64,000 nucleotides of DNA from Harriotta raleighana (GCA_050575255.1 JBNZDD010013711.1:1670494-1734493), one strand, 5' to 3'; numbered from the stretch's first letter, positions 1 through 13,029 are shown. Translations and numbers: made by a program. The notes: generated from the letters alone by a model not told the origin.

Positions 1-399
1 GTTTCAGCAACTGTTGGTGTGAGGTATTGGCAAAGACGGGCAATGTAGTGGAAATAGAAGAAAGCAGTGCTGGTAAAGGACTGGATATGGGGAAGGAAGG
101 ATAATTGGGGATCGAACTTGACACCTAAGTTGCACATGGGTTCAACAACAACAACAACAACCACAAAATTACATTTGTAAAACGCCTTTCACATCAGGAG
201 GATGTCTCAAGACACTGGACAGTTAGTGCTTCAGAGCGTTTTAAAGACAGGTTGGGTAGGTTGAAGAGGTCGGAACCGTGGGACAGAAGATGTTGACAAC
301 AGTCAAAGAGTATGGCTTCCGTCTTGTTTTTAACAGCACAAAATTTGCGCTTTTTCAGTTCTTGATATCCGACAGACAAGCTGGCAGAACATTAGGGGA

Positions 400-1053
400 C
401 TGGAGATTGCAACTGGACCTGGACCGTTCTACAGCTCGTATTCTCTCCCGCACCAGCTCTGCAAACCAATCATCCCCATTCTTACATGGCTTCACTGGTT
501 CCCCCTCCCACAGAGAATCGAGTACAAAAACCTTGTTCTCTCCTTCAAAGCTTCCCCCCTACCTCTCTTACCTCCTAACCCCGTATCAGCCTGTCTGCTC
601 CCTTTGTTTGGTGGCCACAGGCCTTCATCAGCTTCCCACACTTTCCGGCCTACCGGCGGTCAGGCGGTCAGCATTTCATGCCTCCTCCATGAGGTCTTTT
701 GAGCACATCTTTATTTGGATCCAATGACTCTCCACCTCCCAATGGATTTAATTCAAATGTTTTGTCCTCACTTTCAAGTGCCTCCATGGCTTCATCCTAC
801 TTCTGCCACTGTACTAGGTACTCTCTCCCTCTGCTTAGCAAACATCAGTCTGTCTTACTTTCACCCCATCCCAACGTGCCACTCTACCATTGGTGGATGA
901 GCCCTTCCACCTTCAAAACCTCACACTTTAACTGTGTGATCCCCTCTCCTACTCTGCTACCCCCTCAGTTTGGGCTTCCAGCAAATTATCTGAAGTGCTT
1001 TGAGTTGTCTTCCTGATGCAAAGGGTCCTGTATAAATGAAATTTGTTGTTGTT
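400..1053 (+). mobile_element. L2 LINE 3' fragment(s); further minus-strand L2 pieces in 1-400
   Basis: Frameshifted ARILSRT..PIIPILTWLHWFP..RIEYK motif of L2 ORF2; ends tataaatgaaatttgttgttgtt. Confidence 0.75.
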
Positions 1054-2907
1054 CATTATCATTTACAACACTGAAAATGGATGATTAGGTTTAAGATAAA
1101 AAAAACAGTTTAGGCAAAAAAAGAAATGACACATTTAAATGTACTTAATTATACATTAAAATATGAAAGTGTCAAACATTTTTTTTAACAGTTTATATGT
1201 CCACCATCTTAAATATTAAATGGATGGGTAATAAAGGAAAAGAGAGCAAATTTAAAAACATTTTAAAAAGCAGTAAACATTTTTTAAATTGTATTTTCTT
1301 TCACCCACAAACCACACAGTGAAATCCACTTTACAGTATATTCTGAGAATTGCTTTGAGATGACACAACAACATGATAAGGCACTATCAAATGAAAGGAT
1401 TATTATATTAAAAGCAGTACAGGCATATGTAAAATAAACAGCATCTGACACCTCAAAGAAATTTAAAATATTCAGGATTATTTCTTGATCCAATGTACAT
1501 TTGAAAACTTTTGAAAGCATTTTTCCAAAACATAACCAACCAAATCATTGAAGTCGGTACCATTTGATCATTCCAACCCTATCAGTCTCTGGAATTTCAA
1601 CCTCAATTTAATCGGCTTTCCTAGACTTTTATAGAGGTCTGTTAAAAAAGTACTGGCCTAACAATGTTTAAATCTAATTTCACAAAACAGGTCAAGGTGT
1701 GTAAACAGAGGCAGAATGTCTGGAGATAGAACTAATGGATGATACATTGTGCTTCCTGGCTTTTCTACCACTTCTGACACTGGTGGTTAAAAAAAGTAAT
1801 GAAAAATGAGGAACACTAACGATTTCACTTTATTACTTTTTAAAGCTATTAAAGAGCCACTCACCCAGGATTGTTTAGCTAAGAAGGCACATAGACAAGT
1901 GATATATTAACTCCAGTTTAGAACTGGTATTAATGTGTTCATCAACAAGCATAAATTAAAATGTATCCTTAGCAATATAGATGGATACAATGTTCACAGA
2001 AGAATTTGTAGCCAGAGATAACAGACAATTTGTAGAAGAGTACAGATAAATCAATACATTTTAGACATATTATTGCCAAAATAGTAGTGCAGCTCCAGTA
2101 CATTTAAATTTCCTGTGAAAATGCCCTGATTTCTAATACGGGTATTGTATCTCTATGGAGTCACCTCAATGGCACACACGTTGCTTATTAATATTCACAA
2201 GCAGAGATTCAGTTACTGCATGCTTGCACCAGCTCTATTAATATGCAAACCAACTGCAGCAAAAAGGATCCATAAACACAAAGATTGGCAATCTGCCGTC
2301 TTAGTCTGCAAACTTTGATCAGACAAGAGGTGTGATAGAGGAATATGCCTGAATAAAATGGAGTAGCAATTAAAGTTACATAACTACATCACAAATACAA
2401 TGCAACTAACTTTTCCTCTTTTTTTTAGGACACGTAAAAAGATATGATTGGTTTATTATGGTCACTCTGGGAACACTACTTTGTCAAGCAACAATTCCAA
2501 GCCATCAGCAGCAGACAGGGGAGGAAGAACATGATACAGCATTAGTGGCTGTTCCAATGAGCTCGGTAAAGAACAAACTGGTGTTTTTGGAGCATCTATA
2601 ACATCACACAATTTCAGTAATTATTGTCACGTAGAGATATAGTTTTTGCAGGCAAACACACAACAAAGTCCAACAAATAGCTATTAATGAGTGATATGTT
2701 ATTTATGTTCTTATAATTGAAAGTGGTATCTGACTCATCTGAACAATAGCATATCTAAAAATTTAGTTTTCCCACAGCAATGCAATGCATGCACTGCGAA
2801 TTCACACCCTTCCAACTCTGTCGCTACAAACTGAGTCAGGCTGACACCTATTGGGCATCATTATTTCCAGACCTATGTATTTTTATTCGCAAACCTGTTA
2901 TTTTGCG

Positions 2908-3338
2908 GTCAGCCTGGCATGGTTGGTAGCACTCTTCCCTATGAATCAAAAGGCTGTGGATTCAAGCCCCATTGTCAGGACGCATGTAGTCTAAACTGAC
3001 ATTCTAATGCAGTGTGTTGCGTTGTTGGAAGTGCTATCCTTCGGATGAGACATTAACCCTCTCTAGATGGACATTAACAATCCCATAGCACTACTAGAAA
3101 AAAGAAGCCAAAGTTTCCAAGCATCCTGACCAACATCCCCAGATAAACCTAGTCATCCACTTCATGGTTGTATGTGGGATATTGTTGGGACATTGACATA
3201 ATAAACCATTTTCAAATTGGCTACCAAATCACCTTTAATGTATATAGTCACTACACTTTACAGTAAATATTGTCAAGCACTTTGAGGCATTATCTTGATG
3301 TGAAAGATAAAATATCAAATGCTAGTATTATTACTATT
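2908..3338 (+). mobile_element. SacSINE1/DeuSINE-like SINE, decayed full-length copy
   Basis: gtcagcctggc..ggtagcactct..gaatcaaaaggctgtggattcaagccc, cttcggatgagacattaa, Deu-like core, tail gtgaaaga..atatcaaatgc. Confidence 0.8.
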
Positions 3339-4131
3339 TGATATCCTCAGCGCTAAATGTAACATTTCACAGTAAACAGTTCCACTTTGAAGGAAGGTTT
3401 GCATTTTATTAAAGAATATATGCATTAATTACTGTAGGAAAGAATACTAAATCTACAAACTATACTTCAAGGATTAAATTGATCTTTCATACCCTGTTAA
3501 CATTATATCCTGCCAAAGTCTTAATATAAGTGCTGTTTGGGGTGCAATTCATCTTCAACTATAATGTTTCAGAGACATTTCCAACAATAACTATGTGATC
3601 AAAGATGGCAACGGTGCAGGGGAGCTGATTATCTGGTGTTCTCATCCAATTTATTTCAGGCAGGAATGCCAGTAGAATTCTGCTCACCTACATGGACCTC
3701 TACCATTGGGAAAGGAATTCACACTATATAAATGAAAAGCACAGCGGCAGAGAAACAGAGCAAGCATCATTTTGAGACTTTTAAAAAATATCAATGGACC
3801 GTGAGAATCCGTCTAGTATTTTAACTGTAAATATCTTTGCTTATGAATGTATAGAAAAATCAGGATATTGTATTCCCCATTTATCTTACCAATAAATAAT
3901 AATTACATTTGATACAGCACCTTTCACTTAATCTCAAAGAGCTTCATATGATACACTGTAAAGTGGAGTGACTCTGAATTTTTATAAGCGAACTGCATAT
4001 TAAGTTGAAAACGGATGGGAATTAATCCAATCCTGATTGATGGCCTGAGTGTTAACACATATCTCATCTCGTTTTTAGTCCAGCCCAAATTGATAGAACC
4101 TGGATTTTAATACAGCACTAGTTGATAGGAA

Positions 4132-4272
4132 GCAAAAACAGAAGTTGCTGGGAAAACTCAGCAGGTCAGGCAGCATCCATGGAAAAAGAGAAGTGAGAAG
4201 GGTTGTGGACCCAAAACGTTGACTCACTTTTTTATTTCAGATTTCCAGCATTCGTTGTATTTTGTGTTTTGT
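4132..4272. mobile_element. Penelope-like terminal repeat remnant
   Basis: aaaacagaagttgctgggaaaactcagcaggtcaggcagcatc...cccaaaacgttgact...tttcagatttccagca resembles an abundant chondrichthyan repeat. Family assignment is from memory. Confidence 0.5.
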
Positions 4273-4344
4273 TACTAGTTCATAGGACCTAGATATTAGT
4301 CCTGACTAATGGAAGAAGACTATCATTACATCATTACACAAATA

Positions 4345-4449
4345 AGGGGTGACCAAAAAGTCAGGATACCATTAAAATGTTTAATAAGTCTTTAAAGAAA
4401 TTATGATTTTTTGGAATAGGATAGATATCACAACTTTTTGGACACCCTG
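4345..4449. mobile_element. Very short mariner-like MITE remnant
   Basis: TA-flanked imperfect 17-bp TIRs (aggggtgaccaaaaagt / actttttggacaccctg, 14 of 17 match). Confidence 0.6.
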
Positions 4450-6194
4450 TATGTATGTGAAAGAGCTTGGGCAGTGTCAACTCAGTTTGAAATGAGTGTC
4501 TGCCAACAAAGATTTCCTACAAACTAGAAATCTCATTCAAAGAAGCCACGAGGTTGGCTAATATGGAAAAAGCATAAATTTAAACTCATGCAATAGAAGT
4601 TCCTTCCTGACGTTTGTATTCAGCACACTGTTAGGGAAGTTTATTATATAACTGGCATGGGAATGCTAAATACTGATACTAGATGCCAAATGTAAATATC
4701 TTTCCATTATTTAGCATTCAAACCCCTTCCTATAATATCAGAAAATGTAATTTTAAAAAGGTCTCTATGTTAATCAATATTGATTTTAGCAAACATTGTG
4801 TAAAAAAAATGGGAGACAGAAACCAGGGCTGGTGAACAACCACTCAATGTCATAAACCAAGAAACTACTTCATATTAACAATCACTACTGCCAAAAAGTT
4901 AAATTCTTTTTCCTCATTGTTTTCACATACAGGTTTTGTTTAAACTCCTAAATGAAAAAAAATTGAGGAGGCTCAACAAACACATTTATGTGTGAAACAG
5001 CATCATCTAAAGGTTCTCAAATGTTTGTGAACAATTTCTTTGTTCGATCTTACATGGATCAAATACTCTTCAATAAGTATAAACAAATTATTACAGTCCA
5101 CTGCCAGGATCTTGAGTCCCGCTGATTCTAAAAGCAATAGAGTTACTTTTGATACAGTGCCAGCTAAAAATGTTTTCCCTCCTAAATTTTGCAAAGGAGG
5201 ACAGTTTAGGGCATGGCTGTCAAAGGAAGGCGGGGGAAGGGAAAGGGGAGTGAAAAGCAGGATAAACCTTTGGACCCAGGAAGGAAGGGGGCCCCAACCA
5301 CCCCACAAGATAAAAAAACATTGCCGGCAATGTGTATGCACTTAAGTGACCGCTTTCATTCTCTCAGCAATGTTGATTTGGGGGCAGCAGACATTTATAG
5401 ACCTTCTTCCACACAAAATTATGAAAATTGTAACCCATTTAGAATAAATAGTAAAACAGAAGAATGCCTTATTTCTCAAGCTCTGTCGAATCTTACAATC
5501 AACCTACTATCACAGTGTAAAATTAATTTACACATGCACCATAAGTTCACTGTGGAATCCAGTTTTATGGTATGCCTGTGGTTAGAAATAGACTTTGAAA
5601 ACATGAGTAGGATAAACACATTGAACTGGCCTATTTCTGACAGCAATAACAAAAACACACCAGCACAAGCTTCTCAGCTGCTTCTCAGAATCTTTATTAA
5701 CCTTAGACCAGAGCCGACACCGTTCTAGTCCCTGACCTACAACACGTCCCTGGCAGAACAGTTAAACACTTGTAAAAATGTTATCTGACCTTGATGAAGA
5801 ATGCACACAAATGCCTCAGTCAAAAATCCAATAAAAGATCTACACTGTCAGATCAAGCCCTGCCACACGCCGAGATCATCTCTCCACAATCAGCAAAGCC
5901 ATACTAATCTACAACAACAACAACAATGACAAAATAACACTTGTATAGCATCTCTCCCGTCAGGAGGACGTCCCAAGCTGCTGGACAGTCATTGTTTCAG
6001 ACCTGAGCTGGAGTCAGGGATGAGGAGAGTGGAGAGAAATGTAGGAGGATCTACCATGAATACAAGGTTGTGTTCATAAGATAGAATGCTGGCATCATAA
6101 TCCCCCCAATATGGTCATTTCAATATGCTCAGCATGATTAGGAGTCCCTATCCCTAAATATCAGTTTCTGATGTAAACATTGACATTTTTGGAG

Positions 6195-6470
6195 TTCTGT
6201 AGCTCAGTGGTTAGAGCACTCACCTTACAAGTGTGAGATCTGTGTTCTAATCCAGGCAGGTCAGGGTGAAACCTTGGGCAAGTTTCCTTACAATAATAAT
6301 CTCTCAAAATAATTGATTTCAATCCACCACTGTTTGTGGAACACTGCTGTGCGCAATTGGCTGTTGCGTTTCGCCCCAAATATACAGTCAATTCACTTTA
6401 TAGTATATTCTGTGAAGCGCTTTGAGACATTTAGAAGACGTAAAAAGCACTATATCAAATAATAATAATT
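6195..6470 (+). mobile_element. tRNA-derived DeuSINE-type SINE
   Basis: A box TAGCTCAGTGG (6200), B box GTTCTAATCC (6244), Deu core ctgtttgtggaacactgctgtgcgcaattggctg and L2-like tail. Confidence 0.88.
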
Positions 6471-7555
6471 GCATTTGATATAGCTCTTTTCACATCTTAT
6501 CAATATCTCAAAGCGCTTCACAAAGTGAAGTGCAAATGCAAGAATTATTATTATGTTATATTTTTTTTACACACGTAAGGGGGGCATTGTCACCATCATG
6601 ATCTTGGTAGTTACCATTGAGGGGGAAGGCATTTTTCCCCCAAAAAAAAACATGAAACAATTTTTTAAAAAGTAACACTTCTAGAAACTAGCTTTAACAG
6701 TCACCCAGCAACAGAATATGTACCAAATGGCTTGCCTGTGGAGTCCTAGAAGAATTGAAGACATAAGTTTTTTTTTTACATATAAAGACCAGGAGAAATT
6801 GTTTAGCTTCAACAGTAATTCATATTTATATATTGCCTTTCATGCCAGGACGATGTCTCCAAGTATTTTATACAGCTGACCGGGAGCCTGATAAAGGGTT
6901 TCTAGGTTTTGAGGTACTGTACATCTAAAGAGTATTTAATTAGTATTATTATTAACAATTTGTAATTTTGTTTCTCCCTTCCTAAGAAGTAATTCCTAGT
7001 TTCCATAATAGCCAAAAATACATGACATAAATTCAGTTTTGTAATTAATGAAAAGAAAATATTCAATTCATGAATAATCTGGAGCTAAACTGAGCCAGGC
7101 ATGTCGACACCTAAGTTTCCAATCCTTATTGGCTTCCAAATTAAGAATTTTCCAGAATTATGCTTGATATTCAATTTAAAAACAAATGCTCTTACAGGCT
7201 AAAATTAGGTGGAATTTTGATCTTGAGCTTTTTATTCAAAAATATTTTCCACATGCCACAAACAATAAAAACAAAATAAATCTTACAGCGAATTCATCTT
7301 ATCAAACAACCTTAAAAAGGTTTAAATGCAACATAACTCTAAGTAATCGAATGCAGCACTGGAAAACAGCATTGTAACTTCGATAAATTCAATTGGTTTT
7401 AATGTTGTTGAAGTAGATTCAATAAATTATTTTAAAAGAAATTAAATAGGTTCACAGGAGTCATATTGAAGAATATGGGAAACAAACAGGAAAATGGAAC
7501 CAGGTTATATGGGTCATGTGGCTGAAAACATCAGTCAAACTTGATGGGCCAAATA

Positions 7556-7960
7556 CAGTAAAAGCTTGTTTATCCGGCCCAACCAACCGGATCGGTTAAC
7601 CAACCGGTACCTTCCAATACAATTCACCATTCCAGCAAATGGATCTCATACCGGAGCCATCCGGGACACTCGCGAGTATGCTCACTTTGCATATGCATGC
7701 AATGTGTGCGCATGCGCACTTATTAAACTTAACGAACGCTGGAATTTTTATTTTACCGATCATTTTACAGTGTGCTGGAATGTTTTATTGGCAAGTATCC
7801 ATACAATATTCTGTTATTATTTAGTCTATTATTAATATGGTATGTTTTAAAAATAAGTAAATTTTTTGTGTAGCATTTTCGTCAACTTGCTGCTCAAATA
7901 TCCGGCATATTTAATTAACCAGTCAGGTCCTGAGGGTGCCGGATAAACAAGCTTTTACTG
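7556..7960. mobile_element. Tc1/mariner-superfamily (Tigger/pogo-like) MITE, 405 bp
   Basis: Perfect 23-bp TIRs CAGTAAAAGCTTGTTTATCCGGC (7556-7578, 7938-7960) flanked by TA on both sides; no transposase ORF. Confidence 0.92.
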
Positions 7961-9564
7961 TATTTTTTTGGTGTTTGAGTTACATGCTGGAGTTATTCTA
8001 TGCTCGCCTCACAATTAGATGTACTAAGTGAGTTTTAAGAGTAAAAATCACAATCAGGCGGTAGCAATACCTAATAACTAAGAAACTATTGCAAATGAAA
8101 ATCTCAACTTCACCACATCCATAATCATCTAGCTGCCTTCTATAAAGAGAACAAGCTCCCAATCTGAAGATAAAATCCAGCAATTTCCTTTCCCTTTGCA
8201 TTACTACTGGCAGAAGCATAGAACTGGCAGAGAACAAAGAGGGGTGCTCCAGAGTAGGCAACTAACATTGGATTTCATATGCAAGCTCAAAGTACTCTGA
8301 AAAATGCTGAGCCCCCGACAGATTGTTCCCCGTCTAAACAATATATGGCAATTTCCTCTAATCCTCAAAAAACTGTTAACAAAATGTTAATGCTATGTGC
8401 CTCCATTAAATTACACAAAAGAAAAAAAAGGCCTTTTTAAAAAAGGAATTGACGCAGCAGAAAAGGTCAACATCTAAAACCACAAACTGTTATTTCACAC
8501 AAATGCATTGTCAGAATATTAATTTGAAAAAGTTAATTGGAGACACTACAATCCACAGTAAATCATTCAAAGTACAGTACTATGTTATGTTTGACGATGA
8601 AAATAAGCAATATCAAACGCAAGGATTATTATTTGAGTTTCAGGAAATAAGGTTTTCATATTGCCAAAATATAACACATTATTAATAATCATAATAATCC
8701 TTACATTTGATATATAAATCCAAATTGCTGTTGAAGTTTCCTTACTTCACACACCTAATAATGATCCCTCAAAAAATAAATGTTTTTAAGAGGCTTGTGT
8801 ATTGTATTTTATTGAATTGAATTTCTAAAACTATAAAGTCTGTGATTAAACACATAGCATGGACCACATTCTTATCATATGGGCAGTGTAATGCAACATT
8901 GTACTGAAAATCATGTATACATAAAAGTTTGAACTCAACAGTTTCACACATGTGAATTAAATAAATTTATATGTTGATATATTTGTTTCTCAAAGGAGTT
9001 AGTATCATAAGGTCATAATTTTTTTAGAGAGCGTGCAGACCTCCAAATAGCATTTTGTAGGTGTGCAAATTTTTTGGGTGAAACCATCAAGTTTTAATAC
9101 ATGCTGCCAGAATGATGGAGCAGATGCAACCAGGAACGGCTTATCATTCATTTAACATTGTTTATCCAAATCAGCATTTCATTGACATGAAACTTACCCA
9201 GCAGTAGATCTGGTTGAAAACAGCACTAGGTCAGCATTCAGAATTTGTGCAATTTGTATTATCAAATAGAGGTCAGATTTTAGGTCAGCCTGCTTCACAA
9301 GCGCCAAGAAAATGGGTACATGTAAATCAAATGTATGGTCAGAATATCATGATGAGGTTCAAGCTGGGAAAAGTCACACATTGTTTGCTTGCTGTTTGAT
9401 TAACAAAAGGAACATTGTCCTTTTACTGAAAGACAAAACTAGTAATAGACTGGTTTATAACCAGACAAAACTGAGGCAGGTTCTTCATGCCCAAGTTGCA
9501 ACATTTCAGAAAATTGTTCTGTTTGTAGTAGTGAAGGGTTACCAAGCTGGCTGCTTTCCCTTGT

Positions 9565-9578
9565 GTTGCCATAGAAAC
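9565..9578. promoter_or_regulatory. Intronic RFX X-box-like site
   Basis: GTTGCCATAGAAAC, a near-palindromic X-box about 45 nt into SPAG6 intron 4. Confidence 0.55.
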
Positions 9579-9620
9579 AGCTGAACATAGCAGCCCACAA
9601 GAGTTAGATGTGTTCCTCAC

Positions 9621-9804
9621 CTGCATTATGGCGTGCAATGTATCCCAATGCCCAGGCTGCAGCTTCCTTCACCCCAGGATCAAACTCCTCCAGACAGACC
9701 ACCAGTGCATCCAATGCTCCACAATCCACCACCGCCTGGGCTAGTCGAGGCGAGTGTTTGGCAACTGCCCTCAACACAAAGGCTGCAGCTTTCTTGTAGA
9801 AACG
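9621..9804 (-). CDS. SPAG6: SPAG6 exon 4 (armadillo repeats)
   Basis: ataaag|RFYKKAAAFVLRAVAKHSPRLAQAVVDCGALDALVVCLEEFDPGVKEAAAWALGYIARHNA|gtgagg; 184 nt. No exon 5 recognised in 1-9620, so the gene continues outside the window. Confidence 0.99.
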
Positions 9805-10853
9805 CTTTATAAAAATTGATGCATTTAATAACATACGCATCCAATTAAAATGCTATTCAGCTTAATTTTTAAAAAGTATGTTTCTCTATTAAAAAAAACA
9901 CAATATTGTGAAATTCGATTTGTGTATTTTTTCAAGGACAATGTAAATTTTTCAAACCTTTGTAAAAACAGTAAAAACAATTGAAGTTGTATAATTCAAT
10001 TTACATAATGACATAATTCTCTCAAACTACTTTAAATGGTGTCCTTGTCTCATTATATGGCGAGGTGAAGCAATCAGAGCTTTCTTTCACATTGCCCCAG
10101 AAGCAACAGCAATGTTTAGAGAAGCTTGTATGAGTGGCATACATAAGTCAAACCGATCACATATAATACTTTGCAATTAAAAGGTTCAATGATTCAGTTT
10201 CCATATATGGATAACCAGTTCATATTGTTACAGAGTATTTTGTGGCATTGTTCATTTTCAAAGAAAATGCAATAGAATTTTAATTTTAAAAATTGTAGCT
10301 GCTTTCAAACAAGTGAAAAATTATTACAACTGTTGAAATGGATGAAGATGGGAATTTAATAAGCTTCTTTTCCAAACAGGTTAGAAATAGTGTGTCATCA
10401 ATGCAATCATCAACCTTAAAGTCAGGAAGGTAGTTTTGCCCAAGGGACAACCAGATTGCTAGCATGTGCAGCTAAACTCTACATGAACTGGCTAATTAGC
10501 TTCCTTCACTTGCCCTCAGTCACTAAAGTATGATAGGCCTTTTGTGACCCCGCACTAATCTGCTGGTGCCCTCAGTGATCCCAGCTAACCACTGTCTCAC
10601 AGCTGCCTGACAAAACTAAAAGCCAATGTGCAAAGATTTGGTGCAGGTAATTTATGCTGTTTTAAAGGGGATTCCTTCCTTCAATGAGGGGGGGAACAAC
10701 AAAAAAAAAGACCGGCTAACATTTGGAACACAAATCACTAGTAGTAATGCATGGATACATTAGATTTATTTATGCTTTCACTTTTTGGGAGGTGAAAATC
10801 TGCAAAGTGCTCTTATTTTTTTATCTCGGTAAGAAAGAAATATGAGGTCTTAC

Positions 10854-11020
10854 ATTTTGTTCTGCCAATGAATACACTAGCTGTGGAAGAATGTCTCCCT
10901 TAACAACAGCTTCAGCCAGATCATCGTTGTAATTGGCCAACCTTCCCAGTGCCAGGGCTGCTGTCTGCTGTATGGTTGGAACCACATCTAATAAAAGAGG
11001 CCTCAAAAGAGACATCACAC
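10854..11020 (-). CDS. SPAG6: SPAG6 exon 3 (armadillo repeats)
   Basis: cctag|(G)VMSLLRPLLLDVVPTIQQTAALALGRLANYNDDLAEAVVKGDILPQLVYSLAEQN|gtaaga; 167 nt. Confidence 0.99.
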
Positions 11021-11154
11021 CTAGGAGAGAGGGTTAGAGAAGTGTGACTGGAAAAGGCAGTACAGTATTTAATAATAATTTGTTACAACTTTTTAATTCT
11101 GGATTAATGATATTAAACAGGAGAAATTCTACATAAACAATATAGCGGCGGGCT

Positions 11155-11472
11155 ATATTCCGTTCAGCAGGCTCCGGGCTGCTCTACGTCGCCCGCCCGC
11201 CCGACCCACCCTCCCATCGGTGGCTGAGCTTTCAGGCTCTCTGCCCCCACACTCTGGAACTCCATCCCACAGTCCCTTTGTCTCACTTCCTCCTTTGCCT
11301 CCTTCAAGGCCGGTCTCAAGACCATCGTTTCGATTGTGCCCTCTGTACCCACCTAACTCTCCCGCCACATTGCCCATCCCTCTTGCTCGGTTCCCAATCC
11401 CTGACTGTTCAGCACTTTGGGACATCCTCCCACCGTGAAAGGCACTCTATAAATGTAATTCTGTTGTTGTTG
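11155..11472 (+). mobile_element. L2 LINE 3' end with (TTG)n tail
   Basis: ..APTLWNSIPQSLCLTSSFASFKAGLKTIVS-type C-terminus; tail gtgaaaggcactctataaatgtaattctgttgttg. Confidence 0.85.
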
Positions 11473-11742
11473 AAGCGACTGAAATTCCTCTTTCTGCTAA
11501 GCATGACAATGTGGATTCAGATGTTCCCAATGGAGGGAGAGAAATAAGCCAGGATTCCTGTACCTGATTATTAGCCAGTGCACCACGCACACCTGCAACC
11601 CCATCCCCTCAAACCCCCCCACCACCTGACACCCCCGCTTTCTGGAAATTGCCCCCATATCAGGTATGAACTAGATTGTGCTTGGCTGAAATGCCCCCTT
11701 TTAGGTTTAGAAGTGAGGATTGTCAGTGAGTACGAGGGAATG

Positions 11743-11782
11743 ACGATTAAGCTGCTGTACATATGTACAGCAGCTTAATCGT
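11743..11782. repeat. Perfect 40-bp palindrome
   Basis: ACGATTAAGCTGCTGTACAT|ATGTACAGCAGCTTAATCGT, no spacer and no mismatch. Confidence 0.97.
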
Positions 11783-11919
11783 ATATTCAGTAATAATAGG
11801 AATAAAGCAAAACATATCTGACCTATTGCAAAAAGTTTTTTTTTCAAGTTTCATTCCCAAGCACTGATTTATCATCTTTATAAACATAACAAAGATCACA
11901 AAACTTTGCCATTTTTCAT

Positions 11920-12160
11920 AAAATCCTACATCACAGAAAGAGGCCATTCGGCTCTTAGAAAGAGCTTTCCAATTACTCCCACTCCCCCTGCTCTTTTCCC
12001 ATAGATTTGCAACTTTTTTCTTTTCAAGTATCTATCGAATTCCTTTTTGAAAGTTATTATTGAATCTGCTTCCAGCACCCTTTGAGCCAGTGCATTCCAG
12101 ATTGGAACAACTCACTGCACAAAGAAAATTCTCTTCATCTCTCCTCTGGTTTTTTAGCGA
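11920..12160 (-). mobile_element. CR1-like LINE 3' end
   Basis: cacagaaagaggccattcggc..ttcctttttgaaagttattattgaatctgcttccagcaccc..gcattccaga, a common chondrichthyan CR1 terminus. Confidence 0.75.
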
Positions 12161-13029
12161 AAAAAATTAAATCCCAAGCACTATCCAATTTTTGGGATTG
12201 TAGACCTAGGGGTACCAGAAACCTGAAATTTCCACCTAGCCAAAAACTGCAATATTTTCATAAAATTTAATATGGTTTCAAAATTGGGAAAAATTCTTCA
12301 AACCTTAATTTAGAAGCCAGTTTTCTGAAGTGCTTTTAAAAAAAAAACTAGCTTTCAAATTAAGCCTGATTTTTAAAAAATTAAATCTCTTTGTTGCCAT
12401 TGTAATTTAAAAAATAGAATAATCTTACAGTATAAGAAAAAGGAGAAATTTGTGGCCAAAATTGTTTAGTTTTTTTTACCATTTTACCATTTAATCCCAT
12501 CTCTCCTTATTCTTCCATTTCACCACACCTCCTAAAATGTCCTTGCTGGGGCATGATTGCATGGTACCTACTGCTTTAAGACAAATCACTTAACTGTCTA
12601 TTTTTCATGTGACAGTGTCATCAAACTATTTGACTAAACTGGTCGTCAAGCTTCACCCAGCATCAACCTGCCCAAATATTCGGACAAGAATCATTGGTAG
12701 CAAAAAGTGGGAACCTTGGCTGAATATGTTTCGCCTCCTTAGTCCAGGAATCATTAGTTAATTATAGGACTCAAATTTTCCCCTAGCTAAAGTTGCCTAT
12801 CTCAGCACAAATCAGGATTTAAATTTCTAAGCTTCTTTTCTTTACAACAAAATGCTTATTCAAAATGTCATCAGGAAAAATAATTTATATCTTGCATTAT
12901 GCAACATACCAGCTAAAGCAGCAGAATGGGGCATGCTCATCTTAAATTTCATATTTATACACCCAGGGCTATCCAATATTGAAACAAACTGCTTACAATA
13001 AAATACAAGGACAAATATGTCCTATATAG

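Noticed and set aside
5003-5728. Overlapping 101-171 aa ORFs in SPAG6 intron 4 as possible exon 5
   Set aside because: None resembles the expected SPAG6 exon 5 (ELSQAVVDAGAVPLL..) or any family I recognise.
6195-6265. tRNA-like sequence with A and B boxes
   Set aside because: Runs directly into a SINE body and tail, so it is a SINE head, not a tRNA gene.
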